Shown here: piece by piece, positions 24,110 to 37,015 of the stretch
How positions within the stretch are numbered: the first letter of the stretch is position 1
Layout: each line of letters starts with the position of its first letter
NCBI RefSeq assembly: GCF_018350175.1
Contig: NC_058382.1
Span: 53,818,001-53,882,000, forward strand
From: Felis catus
Lineage: Eukaryota
Direction: 5' to 3'
DNA: 64,000 bases
Position numbers and translations under genes: made by a program
The notes under the pieces: generated by a model
Databases searched by the model: none
The model's input: the letters and a program-made list of their open reading frames with translations, nothing else
Told to the model about the DNA's origin: nothing

Positions 24110-26619
24110 AGGAGCTGCATTTTTAATAAGTATCCCTAGTAAACCTTGTCATTAAGGAACTTCAAAAAACTAAGCTGCTCTGTGTCACTTTATTTATGCA
24201 ACCCTTCTTTTCTTTATGGGCTACTATGTACTATTAATCTTACAGCTTTATAGGTGAGCAAAGTGAGGGGCAGAAAAGTTAAGGGACTAGCCCAAGGTCC
24301 TGCAGAGCCAGGATTTGAACCCAAGCAGTCAAATACCACAATCTACAGTCTTCGCCACTACTGCATTGGGCTGGGACACACTGAGGAAGGCAGAGTCCAG
24401 ATGGAAATGGTTGGTACCTTTCAGGGGCAGGAACCATGTCTCCTCCATTCCAGCCTTCTCCTTGCCTAACACAGTGCCTAAGACCTATTTAACGTTGGTT
24501 GAATAAATTAAAGAAGTTGGTGAAGTGTGGTCCAGCAAACCTTGTCTGGAAACACTGATCCCCAGGTGAAGGTCAAATCACTTCTCATATAGACAGAAGG
24601 ACATGGTATATGGCTTCTCCAGGCAGGCCTCTGAAGCTTCCATCATCTTGCCGTGTGACTTGAGGCCAACATTTAGCTTGTCTCAGCCTGGAAGCTATAG
24701 AATCGAAGAAATGCCATTCATCCACTTCTTTGGGTAACATTTTGGAAATCTCAACTTGTATGCAGACACCAAACAATGACACAAATGTGTGCCAGAGGCA
24801 GGCTGTGCTTCAGACTCCCCCACACATGTGCACCACTCATTGCTAAATTGCTCATTAGGAGCATTGTTGCAAAACCAGCACAGCTATCCCACCCTATGAT
24901 TTCCGCAAGTTCTAGAGAACATCTTGTAACCGATCATTGAGTTTCATTTGCTGTCTATCTGCACCGTCTGGGAGGCTTCTCGGGAGGAGGTGCGGATGAG
25001 CAGAACTTTGCAATGTGCTCAGAAGCAAAGGTCCAAAGACTCAGACTCAAATCCCCAGTGGGTTAACCTTGGTGGGCGCTTCGCCTCATAGTTCTTAGTG
25101 TGTTCAACTGTAAAACTCGGATGTCGATGGCAGATCTCCCGAGTTCCTCTGAGAACCAAACATGGCGATGTTTGTGAAGCACGTAACAGTGCCTGGTACG
25201 TAGTAAAAAGTGAGATAGACAGCTGCCATCATCATGCATCGTCTCCATTTCGTTCTTGGTACAAAAACAATCCGGATCATCTGGATTTTTCTCAGGGAAA
25301 TCAAGATACTCTCAACACAGCTGGAAAAGGACCCTCCACCACCACCATACACAACCACAGAGTTTCACACACACATATATCAAAACAACAGGATTCCCCA
25401 ATTTCTGTGAATGTGGGATCATGGTTGAGTAGGGTGGCTATCGGTAATAAAATAAATGAGGAATGATATACAAGGAAGGGAAACCACTTCCATCTTTCAT
25501 GTTTCAACCCCTTCGATGGTATTCCACTGCACACAGTAAAATTTGAATCAGAAGTGCCACAGCCTTTAGCCCCTGCCTGCCTTTCTGTCCTTGACTCATC
25601 AAGATCCAGGCACAAGGGGCTTCCTCATGTCTTTCAAGCCCCACACTCAGTTCCAACACAAATCTTGTTTTTGCTCCTCTCTCTGCCTTGAAGACTCCAT
25701 CCACACACCTCCAAATGATTGACTTTTTCTTCTTGAGGTCTCTGCTAAAATTTCAACTTTTCTGAAAAGTAGGAGTTTCACCAAGCCAAAGGTGGATCAC
25801 TATCTCAAAGCTGCATCTCATCCCACTCCTGGTTGGACCAAACACTTGACCTTACAGCTATGATCTTCAAAACACAGATTATTATTTCATTTTATCTTCT
25901 GCCCTTGAGTTTATTAATTTTCTCCTTTTACTAGAATGTAATTACTGGGAGGCAGGAACTATGCATGGCATATTTACCATGTTATCTCCAGAACCCAATG
26001 GACTTTCCAGCCCATAATAGGTGCTCAATAATATTTTCTGGATGAATGAATGTGTGTTAATGCTTCTGGCGCACATGACATGACATATGCAGCCCCCATC
26101 TTTTTTAAAGATAAATAATTGTTTCATTTGGGCCAATTAAAGGAAAAGACAGCCCTGGTTCATTAGTCACTTATCACATTTTCCCTGAACACCTGCATAT
26201 TAAAATCTTTACAGCATCCCAGGGGCACAGAGACAAAGGCAATACCAGTCCTGCCCTCAGAAACTCATAGACGAGAGGAGGGAGCAGGTGTGAATCAATG
26301 TTACTACACCTGACTATGTATCAGGCACTACCCTGAGTGGTTGACATGGATTAACTCTGTAAAATACTTCAAACAGCCTATGAAGACAGCACCACTATGA
26401 TCTTCATTTTACTAAGGGGAACACTAATGTTCAAAGACATTTAGTACCTTGACTAAGATTTGACAGTGAGCAAGCTAGAACATCCAGGCTTCGAATCAGC
26501 ACTCCCACCTTAAATCCCCCACTGTAAAACTCTCCACACTGTACTGCTGGTCCATTTGAGAGAGACACAGGTTCCTGGGAGAGTGGGGATGAGTCCTTGA
26601 GGGAATCAATAAAAGCATG

Positions 26620-27055
26620 AGAGAGTTGCTGATGCTGGGCGAGCAGGTGTCTGTAAAGATGGCCACCAAGGACTCCTCCTGTCCCTGTGAGCACATGCCA
26701 CCATTTACATTAAGAGTTGGATATGTTTCTCTTTCCCTGCAATCTGGGCTGGCCGGTGTCTTGCTGTGACCAATGCAGTGTAGTGGGGTGATGCGTGAGT
26801 TTTGGATTCTAGTCCTCAAGAGGCCTGGATGTTTCCATGTTCATTTTCTTAGGATCCAGCTGCCACATAAAAAAGCTAGAGCACACCCCCGGATGACTCC
26901 CAGATGAACGAGTCGCATGACAGCAACACCACCTGGAACAGAGATCAGCTACCACCAGCCTTTCTGAAACTGCACTAGTCTGAGCCAAGGCAGGGGGTTG
27001 TTTTAAGTCACTAGAGTTTAGGATGGTTTAGTGCACAGTAACAGAGAACTGAAGC
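26620..27055 (+). mobile_element. MLT1-family (MaLR) solo LTR
   Basis: 'tgtctgtaaagatggccacc...ttgctgtgaccaatgcagtgtag...gttgttttaagtcactagagtttaggatggtttagtgcacagtaacagagaactga'. Confidence 0.8.
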
Positions 27056-30000
27056 TTTCGGGACATTTCTACCTCAGCCAAACCCTGGAAAACAGAGACC
27101 CGTGCTTTGGAACAAGAGTTGGTAGTATGAGTATGGAACGTAACACCGTATGCCTACATTTCACTGATGAATGTCTTGGAGTCAAGTGTTGTCTTAGAGG
27201 TGAGTGTAGTCTAGAGTGGGTTTCATTTTTGTGGCTCCTTTCTCTCCTTCCCTCCCACTCGCATGTCTCTTGGGAACGTTTGTGCTATGGAATACAGCCA
27301 CACTGGATGATGGACACTGAATGGCATCCATACCAAACTGGTTGTGCCCATAGACAGCGTGATGTTTGGTTGGATCAACCAAGATGACTAAGAGGCTTTC
27401 AAAGGGAAAGTGTCTTCTTTCTTCCTCTTGGATCTTGAAACTCTCAGATAAATTCAGGTCATTTTTCAGGTAAGGGAAAATGGCTGATCCCCTAGTTACC
27501 CAATTACTCCGAGACTAGTTAAGCAATCTTTAATGCACATTAGCATGAAGACTATGTAATGCTCATTTCAGGGAGGTTTCAACTGGAAGTAAAGCCCCTA
27601 GTATTTCTAAGACTTTAAAAATCGTCCCTAACTGCTGCCTCACCTAATATTCCCATAGAAACCAAATGGTTCAGAAATTATGCTAAATTATACTTATTGG
27701 TTAAACTAATTTAGAATCATAAACCAGAACTTGGAAATCTTTAGCAGGTGGATCTGGTGAATTCATACCAAGTTCAATGTAATCTCCATTACAGAGGAGT
27801 GCCAAGTGGGTCAAGTCAGATTTACATTTAATTCACACGTGATAGATAACCTCCAAAGCCCTCCCCTCCCTCTGACTCCTTCCCAGTCCGGGGTGGCCAA
27901 GCAATAGTTTTGATCAATGAAACCAAAGTGGGCAAGTCTGCAGGATGGGGCTTCCGGGAGAGCTGTGGTTTTGGCAACACAGAGGACGCACTCGGAGGGT
28001 GTGGCCCTCATTCTTGTGCCCTTCACTTTTTTTTCATTGTGGAGAGTCTACAGGATGAGGGTGAGCAGAGAGAGAAGGGGCTCTAAGTATTTGTTGGTAC
28101 ATCCGACTCTGAAAGGCTTACCATCAGACTTCTCGCTATGTGGGACAGACAAATGTGTCATCATTTCAAGTCCAGAAAGAACGTTTTCTAATGATGCACA
28201 AGATTCCTTGATCCCACGACCTGGAAGATGATAATGGAGATTCCTGCTCTGCGGAGACTTTTGTGAGACATGAATGAGATGATAGCGTGGAAAAAAGAAA
28301 CAGCCTATAGGAATGCAGGCTGTTGACATAATGCTCCTGACTATGATACTGAGAACTGCCTTTATCTTTATGTTTGATTTCAGTCCCCTGTTTTTCTGAC
28401 TACCTTCCCAAATACCTGGCACTTAGCTCATCTTAGTTGGGAGAAAGAGTATAGAGAATATGTTTTGATGAGGAAAGGGAAGAAAAGATTTGTTATCAAT
28501 TGTTTTAGAATCTAATATGACTTCTGATTTTTCCAATGTTTTTGTTAATACCTAGATTTTCTTATTGACGTGTGTGTGTGCGCGCATACGTAGATTTGCA
28601 TATGCAGGTATATGTGTGCATATATTTGCACAGACACACATAATGTGAGGACACAGGGAGTGTGAGGTAGCTCCAGTCATCAGCAATTCCGAAATGTGTG
28701 CTTTTTAAGCTTCTTTGGGAATGTGTTGGCGCTTGTTGTCAAATTCGAATTCTACAGTCACTTCACTGAACGTCCGTAATAATCCTTATTTCTAAACCAC
28801 CCTAAGTGACCCGTTTAAGTTGTACAACTTGGCTATCTGAAGCACAGTTTGACAGTATGTGGATTGAGTGATGAGCTGACCAAAGAAGACATTTGTTTGT
28901 TTTATTTTTAACAGCAAATGGGAAATCAGCTTAGGCCATAAACTTGGCTTTAGGGAGATCATTTCATTAGATTTCAGGGTAATGTTATTAGCAGGCAGAA
29001 AATTCCTTTCCGCTTCTGAACACTCTTAATCCAACTCTGGGACTATAATACATTCCTAAGGTATTTTTCATTGTTCTCAACACACTGCAAACGTTGACTT
29101 CAGCTTGTAAAGCCATAAAATATTTGCAGTTCTTTTCAAGTAACAATACCAGAAAGCCTGCAGCATGCTGGGTTAATTCTTGTTTTATTTTATTTGGTTT
29201 CATTTTATTTTTCCCAGAAAGTGGAGATAAACCCAAGATCCAGCTCCAGGAGATGACACACAACATGCTCTCATATTCGTGTAGCACTGTGCATGGAAGA
29301 TTCAAGGGAGGTCTTGTGAGAAAACAAGCTGAACGTCCTTCAAGGACCCAGTAAAACGTCCAACGGTGCAGTCTGAGAGCCAGCTGCCTCCCTGCGGATC
29401 ATTACTCCACCATTTCCAAGGGAGACCAACAGCCCAATGTCACTTGGACAAGGTCCCTGTCCCTGAATTCAATTACGGCCTTGGCCAACCAGAAAGCCAA
29501 TTACTGGTCACATGTCATATTCCCAGAGCTCAAGGCATTTTGATAATCCTCAAAGGAAAAATCAAAACAGATTTTTTTTTCTCAAAATACAAATATCCTT
29601 GGTGGAATTGCGGAGACCAAGGGTATTCTGGGTCACAATGTCAAAGTGGCCCCTTGGACCCACTGCTGTGGTTTTCTTTTGGTTTCCTGTTCCTGGAAGC
29701 CTGCTCTCTAGATTGTTCTGATTAAGCCCAGTTTGGGGAGCCAGATTCTTAGCACATTCTCCGCCATATTTTATGATAAATCTCGTTCAATTTCCCACGT
29801 AGGGTGGCAGGCTTTATGGCTTAACAAACATTGCATCTACTGGGCCATAATTTATATCTGAATGGGTTTATTATAGGCGTTGCATTTCATTCATTGTGCA
29901 GCTAATTCCATAACATGCTGCCTGCTCTCTGTGTGGCTGTTTGGCCATTATCAGTTTCCAAGACAATTGAATCTTTCCCTTGCAGTTTCACAAAATGGTT

Positions 30001-30504
30001 TATGAATATGTAATACAAACTGTGTTAACAAGGCAAATATACTTCATTTCTTTTATGGCTATTTCCAGGCTGTGGCTGGGAAGAAGAGGCATAACAATGC
30101 GTCTCACTTAGAGGATGTTGTGCCCTTAATATAGAAATGCACTCCCCTCAGCGGTTCGCTTTGAAGGCCTGTATTGTCTTTGAGCGAGCCACGTGCTGTT
30201 GTGCGGTTCTGTGTGAAATGAGCCCCAGTCGACCTCCCATGGATTCAATTATCTTCTCTACACGGATGGCACGCTCCTCTCCTGGCTTCCCCCAAGCTCG
30301 CTCTCCTAGTGTGGTCCTACGTGGTATTCTGACTACAAAATAGCTCCATTCGGACGCCCTGCCGTCATGGTGGGAACCGAATTGCTCATTTTCTACAGAT
30401 GGCTCTTTCCCTCTGTACCTTTCCCCGTGACCTTCACACCCAAGGGCAGGTCCAGAGTAAGGGCTTGTCCATCTGAGTGGAAGATACTCTGACCAGGCTC
30501 TACT

Positions 30505-30505
<1 letters not shown>

Positions 30506-30555
<50 letters not shown>
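30506..30555 (+). repeat. (GA)n microsatellite
   Basis: Read directly. Confidence 0.99.
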
Positions 30556-30558
<3 letters not shown>

Positions 30559-30879
30559 CACCAGGTCAGTAGGTATTTGTAGTTCCAAAGTGATTCTTCC
30601 CGGATCTTAACAACATCCAAAAGACCATTTTCAGCTGGAGATTTATAAAGGGCACAAGATGTACCCTTTATCGAACACTCATCATGCCAGAGATTTTATG
30701 CTACAATATCCCTTTAGAAGTAGATGTTACTCCTACTCACAGATAAGGAAAGTGAAGCTCGTGAATTTAAGCGACTTGTTTTAGGTAACGATTCTGATGA
30801 AGGGTGAAAATGAGGCAGAAACTTCCCAATATCTGAGCTCCAAATCCATAGTCATTCCTTCCAAATACATAGTTACATT

Positions 30880-31650
30880 TCCAATCTCCCCACATATGTC
30901 CATGTCCACTGCCACCACCTTAGTGTGAACTGCCATCAAATCCCACCTGGAATATTGGGAAGTCTCCTCCTACGTGCTCTCCCACCTCCACTCGTGCCTC
31001 CCTCCCTACTTCATGGTCCACTCTGTAGTTGTGGTGTTACTTCTAAGCAGCACCGCCCAACAGAACTTTCTGCAGTGCTGGCAATGTTCTAGATCTATTC
31101 TCTCTGATGTGGTAGCCACCAGCTACGTGTGGCTACTGAGCACTTAAAATGTTCTAGTGTGACTTAGAAGCTGAATTTTAAAAATTATTTGATTTTTATT
31201 AATTTACATTTACATAACCACACATAGCTAGCGACTACTGAATTGGACAGCACAGATCTAAAATATTAAGCTGACCAAATCTCACTGCAGTTCAATACCA
31301 TTCAAAACATTCCCATTTCTCTTAGGTTAAGAACCCAAACTCCTGGCAATTTACAAAGGCTCTGCCCAACTTAGATCCCAGAGGTGGTTTCCATGCGGTC
31401 TGCCTTATTTCCTGCTCACACTCTGCGCACCAGGCCCTCTGGCCTCCTGCACCACATTCCTTCCCTGCACAGCCCCGCGCGCAGAGAATAGACTCGACGT
31501 GGAATTTCCTCCCCACCCACACCATCCCCCAGGCACCAATGCCCTTCTCCTTCAGGGAAGCCTTCCCCAACCAAGAGCTTTCCGGACCTTGACTGGTCTT
31601 AAGTCACCCTGTTCTTCTCCTTCTTAGTACTCCCCACTTTGTGCATTTAT
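30880..31650. mobile_element. L2 fragment interrupted by MER3
   Basis: 'tccactgccaccaccttagt...ccatca...cacctgga...agtctcctcctac' and 'cttcagggaagccttcccc' are L2 3'-region motifs. Confidence 0.65.
31048..31255. mobile_element. MER3 hAT-Charlie MITE
   Basis: 'cccaacagaactttctgcagtgctggcaatgttctagatct...gtagccaccagctacgtgtggctactgagcactt...ttggacagcacag'. Confidence 0.85.
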
Positions 31651-31681
31651 ATATACTTAGCCCTCTGGTGTCCTAAAGAGA

Positions 31682-32112
31682 GTGTCCGTTTCCTTTTGCT
31701 GTTTAACAAGGTTCCACAAACATAGTGCCTTACAACCATACGCATCTATTCTCTTGCAGTTCAGGAGGTCACAGTCTTAGGGCTGCGTGAAGTCAAGGTG
31801 TCGGCAGGACCACATTCCTCTCCGGAAGCTCCAGGGAAGAGTCCGTTTCCTTGCCTTTCCCAGCTTCTAGAGGCCACCTGCATTCCTTGCCTCATGGCCC
31901 CTTCTCCACCTCCTGATTCTTCAGCCTCCCCCTCTCCACATTAAGGATGCTTAATAATTATACTGGGCCCACCTGGATAATCCAAGCTATTCTCATCTCA
32001 AGATCCTTCACATCTGTTAGCTCCCTTCCACCATGTAAAGTAACGTGTTCACAGGGTCTAGGAATAGAACATAGACACCTTTGGGGAGGGGGGCACTATT
32101 ATGTCTACTACA
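31682..32112 (-). mobile_element. MLT1 (MLT1C-like) solo LTR
   Basis: 'gtcaaggtgtcggcagg...tccttgcctttcccagcttctagaggccacctgcattccttg...gggcccacctggataatccaag'. Confidence 0.88.
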
Positions 32113-32188
32113 CTCCCAACAAGACTAGGAGCTCTGTGACGGACATGACCGCTCGCCATCGCCACGTACAGTATGTGGCACACTGGTG

Positions 32189-32191
<3 letters not shown>

Positions 32192-32238
<47 letters not shown>
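32192..32238 (+). repeat. (TG)n microsatellite
   Basis: Read directly. Confidence 0.99.
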
Positions 32239-32239
<1 letters not shown>

Positions 32240-32447
32240 GTGAATGAACGAACAATGTAATTCCTCTACCACAAAGAAGAAATCATCTTGCAGCAGAATC
32301 TACGAAGAGCTTGTTAAGCATTTAATTAGCCTCTATATTTTTGGAAACCACACATGGGACTCATGTCACAACAGGTGTAAGCCGTGGTGGACTGATGATA
32401 CCACCTAGTCATCCTGCTTTGTTAGGTATTATCAACGAGTCTGTCTT

Positions 32448-32666
32448 TTTAAAATTTTTTTAAACCTTTTTTATTTATTTTTGAGAGAGAGAGATAGAGT
32501 ATGAACAGGGGAGGGGCAAAGAGAGAGGGAGACACAGAATCGGAAGCAGGCTCCAGGCTCCGAGCTGGTAGCACAGAGCCCAATGTGGGGCTTGAACCCA
32601 CGAACAGTGAGATCATGACACAAGCCCAAGTTGGATGCTTAACCGACTGAGCCACCCAGGTGCCCC
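32448..32666 (-). mobile_element. Can-SINE, full length
   Basis: 16-bp TSD tcaacgagtctgtctt (32432-32447) / tcaacgtgtctgtctt (32667-32682). Confidence 0.97.
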
Positions 32667-33002
32667 TCAACGTGTCTGTCTTGATAGTGGCCTGCCTTCT
32701 TTACCTGTTCCCTCAGGCTCGTTCAGCATCACCTCCTGCCCCCCATAACCCACACCTTTCATATTGACCTGACTGTCTCCTGGAATTAGAGAAGAGATGC
32801 CACTTGGACAGAAATCCAGGTAAATCAAGACAAAAGTGTTGACAAAACCCACACTATTTGGTCTGATTCCAGAGCATCTCTATCAGCAAGCTGCTTATGT
32901 TTTCCCTGAGATATGCATGAGGACAACAGTCTAAAAGGAAGCCACAGCTCTACAACTGTCATTGTTCAACTCATGGGTTTGTATGCATGTGACTATACAC
33001 AG

Positions 33003-33003
<1 letters not shown>

Positions 33004-33046
<43 letters not shown>
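33004..33046 (+). repeat. (CA)n microsatellite
   Basis: Read directly. Confidence 0.99.
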
Positions 33047-33048
<2 letters not shown>

Positions 33049-34849
33049 ACAGTTCTGTATAATCTATTTTTAAAGCATAGGACAAAAAAACCTCATGCTG
33101 ACAGCTGTTGCCTCAATCACCGAATTTCAAAATATATGTTTTTCCATAAATTGTGCAACGCTTCAGAATACTTTTGGAGCTAGACGGGTATTGAGATCAC
33201 CTAATCCAATTCACAAAGGTCTCCAGCCCTTCAGTGCAGAGGAGGAAACCAAGGTCCAGAGCAGTGAACCGATTTGTCCCAGGCCCTCCTGGGCCTTGGC
33301 ACGCAGTTTTGGGCTTTTAACAATTACACTTTCTGGAAACATTTATTAAGACTTTGTTCCTACATTTTCTTACATCCTCCCTGTGCTGTGAATTTGGATC
33401 TGGAGTCAAACAAACCTGGACTGAAATCCTGGCCCCGCACGCCTCCAGCATATGTGACGCCAGCCAAGTTACCATCTCTGACCACTCTCCCCTTGTGTGG
33501 AAAAGAGAGGGAGGACAACAGGGGCTTCTTCGTGTGGCTGGTGTAGGAATCCAACGGAAAAGACCTGTAAAACTACCTTCCATGGTACTTGCCACCATAG
33601 TGACTGAGCGCTCTATTTCCCCCACCCACTTCCCTCCCTTTTGTGTCTACTTTATGATGATGTGTTTGTTTTTCTCTCAGCAGTTTGCCAACTGATTTGA
33701 CCAATACTTATCAAGCACAAGCCACGAGCCAGACATCCGCCAGGGCCTGGGAGAGAAGGATGAAGAAGACCGTCCAGGACCTCGCAGCGCTTAGAGTCTA
33801 GAGACGGGCGCAGACAGGTGAGCAGGTGAGGGGCTGCTGGCCGGTCAGGGTGATTTGGGGAGGCACAGAGGAGGGAGAGCCCCCCAGACTGAACGGCGTG
33901 GCACATGGGGGAATGACAGAGCCTGAGTGGCTGACTCTCAGGTTGCAGGGTGTGGCTGAAAGGTGAGACGGGAAAGGGGGGGAGCGGAGGTTAGTGAGGA
34001 GGATGCCAGAGGGCCAGGTGTGGAGAAGGGAGGGGTGTCCCGGGACGTCTGTCCACTTGCACACTGGGAACCAGGCTGGGCCTTGAGGATACAGCAGGGA
34101 ACACGGCAGGCCAATTCCCTGCTTCCACAGCCTTACATTTTAGCAGGGGCAAAGCAAGAGGCCTGGGCTGGCACAGGGGATCTAGGGAGGTCCAAGAGGA
34201 TAGGAGTCGCCAGACAATGAAGTGTGAGGCTCTGTGCTTGAGAATACATCAGGGACTTCCTGCTGAGTCCAGCCCACCAGGCCACCTCGGGGCTTTACAG
34301 GGGTTCTCGAGATCCAGCCTCACCGGGCCCTTACATCAGTGCTCACGAAGTCAGGAATGTGGGGTTTTCAATAAAAGTGCAGGCAATGGGCCCAGAGGGA
34401 GTCCGGCTCAAATGAGCTTTTATATTTTTATGTGGAATGTAATCACGTTTGGTCATGATCGAGGCTGCCCCGTTACTGCTATTAGAGCGTTTATGGTTCT
34501 AAGGGGGATACGCGTCTTCGGCGATACATGCTCGCAACTAAAAGCAACAAGGGTGTGCTGAATTCTAGTGGCCGCTGCAAAATTCTCAGGAAAGGGCTCA
34601 CGAGCATCGCCTTGGGGAGCTTGGATGAGAGGGCTGGTGTCGTGCACAGGCCCAAGAGTGGCCAGACCCAGGGAGGGACAACGCGGCCCGGGAGTTTTCA
34701 CAATCAGCCGCCCTGGTGGAGGTTCTTTCCTTATGCTTTATCTACAATCTTCAGAAGTCCCCCAGGGGCTTCCCAGCCACCAGACCCATCTTCCATGTGT
34801 GCAAGCAGGGCCCAGAGAGGTTAGGGGCTCCCCAAGAGGCAGAGCCTGT

Positions 34850-35282
34850 GAGTGGATGAACTTCCTGGGGCTCCATAGCGGATCACCAGGGACAGAAATA
34901 TATTCCCTCACAGTTCAAGAGGCCAACAGTCCCCAGTCAAAGAGGAGACAGAGTTGACTCTTCTGGAGGCTCTAAGGGAGAAACGGCCTCACGCCTTTGT
35001 CCTCGCTTCCGGGGGCTGCTGGCAGTCCTGGGGTTCCACGGCTACTACAGTCGCTCTAATCTCTGCCTCTGAGTCCACATGGCCTCTTCTTTCCGGAATT
35101 CTGTACCCTCTCCTTTACTTATAAAGACACCTGTTGTTGGATTTAAAGCCCACCCTAAATCCAGCATGCCTCCCGGGATCCTGACTCTTCACATCTACAA
35201 AGACTCTCTTTCCAAAACAGATCACGTTTTGAGTTTTTGTGCGGACGCAGACATTTTGAGGACACTATTCAACCCAGCACTG
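34850..35282 (-). mobile_element. MLT1 (MLT1C-like) solo LTR
   Basis: 'cagaaatatattccctcacagttc...ttctggaggctctaagggagaa...cttataaagacacc...gacactattcaaccca'. Confidence 0.85.
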
Positions 35283-36519
35283 TAAGTGCGACACAGGAGC
35301 TGAGCCAGGTCGGAGTGCAAAACCACTCACACAGAAGACGTGGGGATGTGTCGCACTCATTTGCTCACAGCGACGTGGCTTTCTGGCTTCCCACTGGGTT
35401 CCCCTCCGCTTTCTTTATTCCCTTCCTTCTCCTAAGTGTAGACCAGGCCTCTGCCAAACTCTCCTTAGGCAGGAGCACAGAAAGCCCTTGAAGAATCACA
35501 GAGGACCAAAGACTCGGGAGGGAAACGCTAGGATGCAGGAAACAGGAGAAACGTGCCACTCTGGGAATGCGACTCAACACTGACTTGACCCTGCTGCTCA
35601 GAAGCTGGCGATTTGGGGTAAGTTGCTTTGCCTCTCTGAGTCTTACTTTCCCTAGCTTTAAATTGGGCATGGATTAATTACTTAATTCAGTTAACTACTT
35701 AATTAAAATAATGGAGTTAATGGGTGAGACGGTTCTAGAGGCTTCTGGCAGAGAGTAGTTGATCAACAAAAGCTTGTTTAATCCGAATCCGCTGACATCT
35801 CTTCAGTGACGGAGGAGGAGAGCCAGACCCCTAAAAGAAGAAAGATTATGCCAAGCCCGTCAAGTGGGGGTAAATGCAGAGCTAACTGCAGGCATACGAG
35901 GCTCACACACATACATGCACCCACCGTGGTAGCTGTGACTAATCGTCTGCGGGAGTATCTATGCCGCTCTCTGTCCATCCACCTGTTGACTGCCGATACC
36001 ACGTGCAGGTCCTGCCTGAGCACCTGCTGACGTCACGTCTTCAACCTTCACACCACAGGTGTGAGGTCGCCATCGTCATTACCCTCATCGCACCAAGGAA
36101 TAAACGCAACTTGCCACGAGTCTCCGTGACCGAGCGGGGGCGCGGACACTCAGACCCGGCCTGTCTGACCACGGAGCCGGCCGCTTCACCACGCGTGGCG
36201 GCCACAGGGAGCCCCACAGGTGCCCGGGGAGCAGACGGCAGCACCACTAATTCCCCCAGGCTGGGTCAGGGCACGGGTTGGTGAAGGGGTGCCATTGGGG
36301 CGGGGCCACAGAGCAAGTGAATCATCGGGGGCTCGTGGTGTGATGGAGCCACACAAATCCAAGTTCGTGTGCTCTCCCTGCGGCTCAACCGACTCTGTGA
36401 CCTCGAGGGACTGACGGTGCCTTTCCGAGCCCTTGTTTCCTCACCTGCCAATGGGGATGAAATGGCTACATCGAAAGGTTGATGCAAAAACGAAAGCATA
36501 AATGCGGGTAAAAGCTGTA

Positions 36520-37015
36520 GGGACAGAAAGCGGTCTCATACGAAGTACTGAAGCAGAACGCGATGCGTAGGTATTCGGCCCTCAGAAATACATGCGCATG
36601 CGTATGAGGACATAAGTACCCGGATGTCCAGGGCAGCGCCAGTCGCAAAAGTCTCAAACCACCTGAATGTCCGTCTACGATAAAACTGAAGGGCGGCCCT
36701 ATATCCACATATGGAACTACTGGGGTAATGGAAACACAACAGCAGGTCTCACAAAGGATAACACTGAGCAAAACAAGCCCATGAACACCCACCCGGTTGT
36801 ACTTACATAAGGTTCAAAACCAGGCAAAACGCTGGGCTCTGGGGTTAGAATCTGGGCCGCTGGTCACCCTTGGAAGGGGTAGGGGGCGATCAAGGGGTAC
36901 AAGGTTGTTCCTCGAGAACTGACGGCCTTCTTTCCTGATCTGGGTGCTGTTCACCATGAAATCCATCAACCTGTACACTTAGCATCTGCGAACTTCAATA
37001 CACATTTATACTCTG
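36520..37015 (+). mobile_element. Ancient L1ME-type 3' end
   Basis: 'tatatccacatatggaactact...ggttcaaaaccaggcaaaac...tttcctgatctgggtgctg...atccatcaacctgtacacttag'. Confidence 0.75.

Noticed and set aside
27448..27469. Possible 22-nt micro-exon (ctctcag|...cag|gtaagg)
   Set aside because: Splice-like motifs arise often by chance; no partner exons or reading-frame support.
29200..29360. Strong-looking acceptor ttttatttttcccag followed by an open stretch
   Set aside because: No convincing donor or recognisable peptide; cannot be supported without RNA data.
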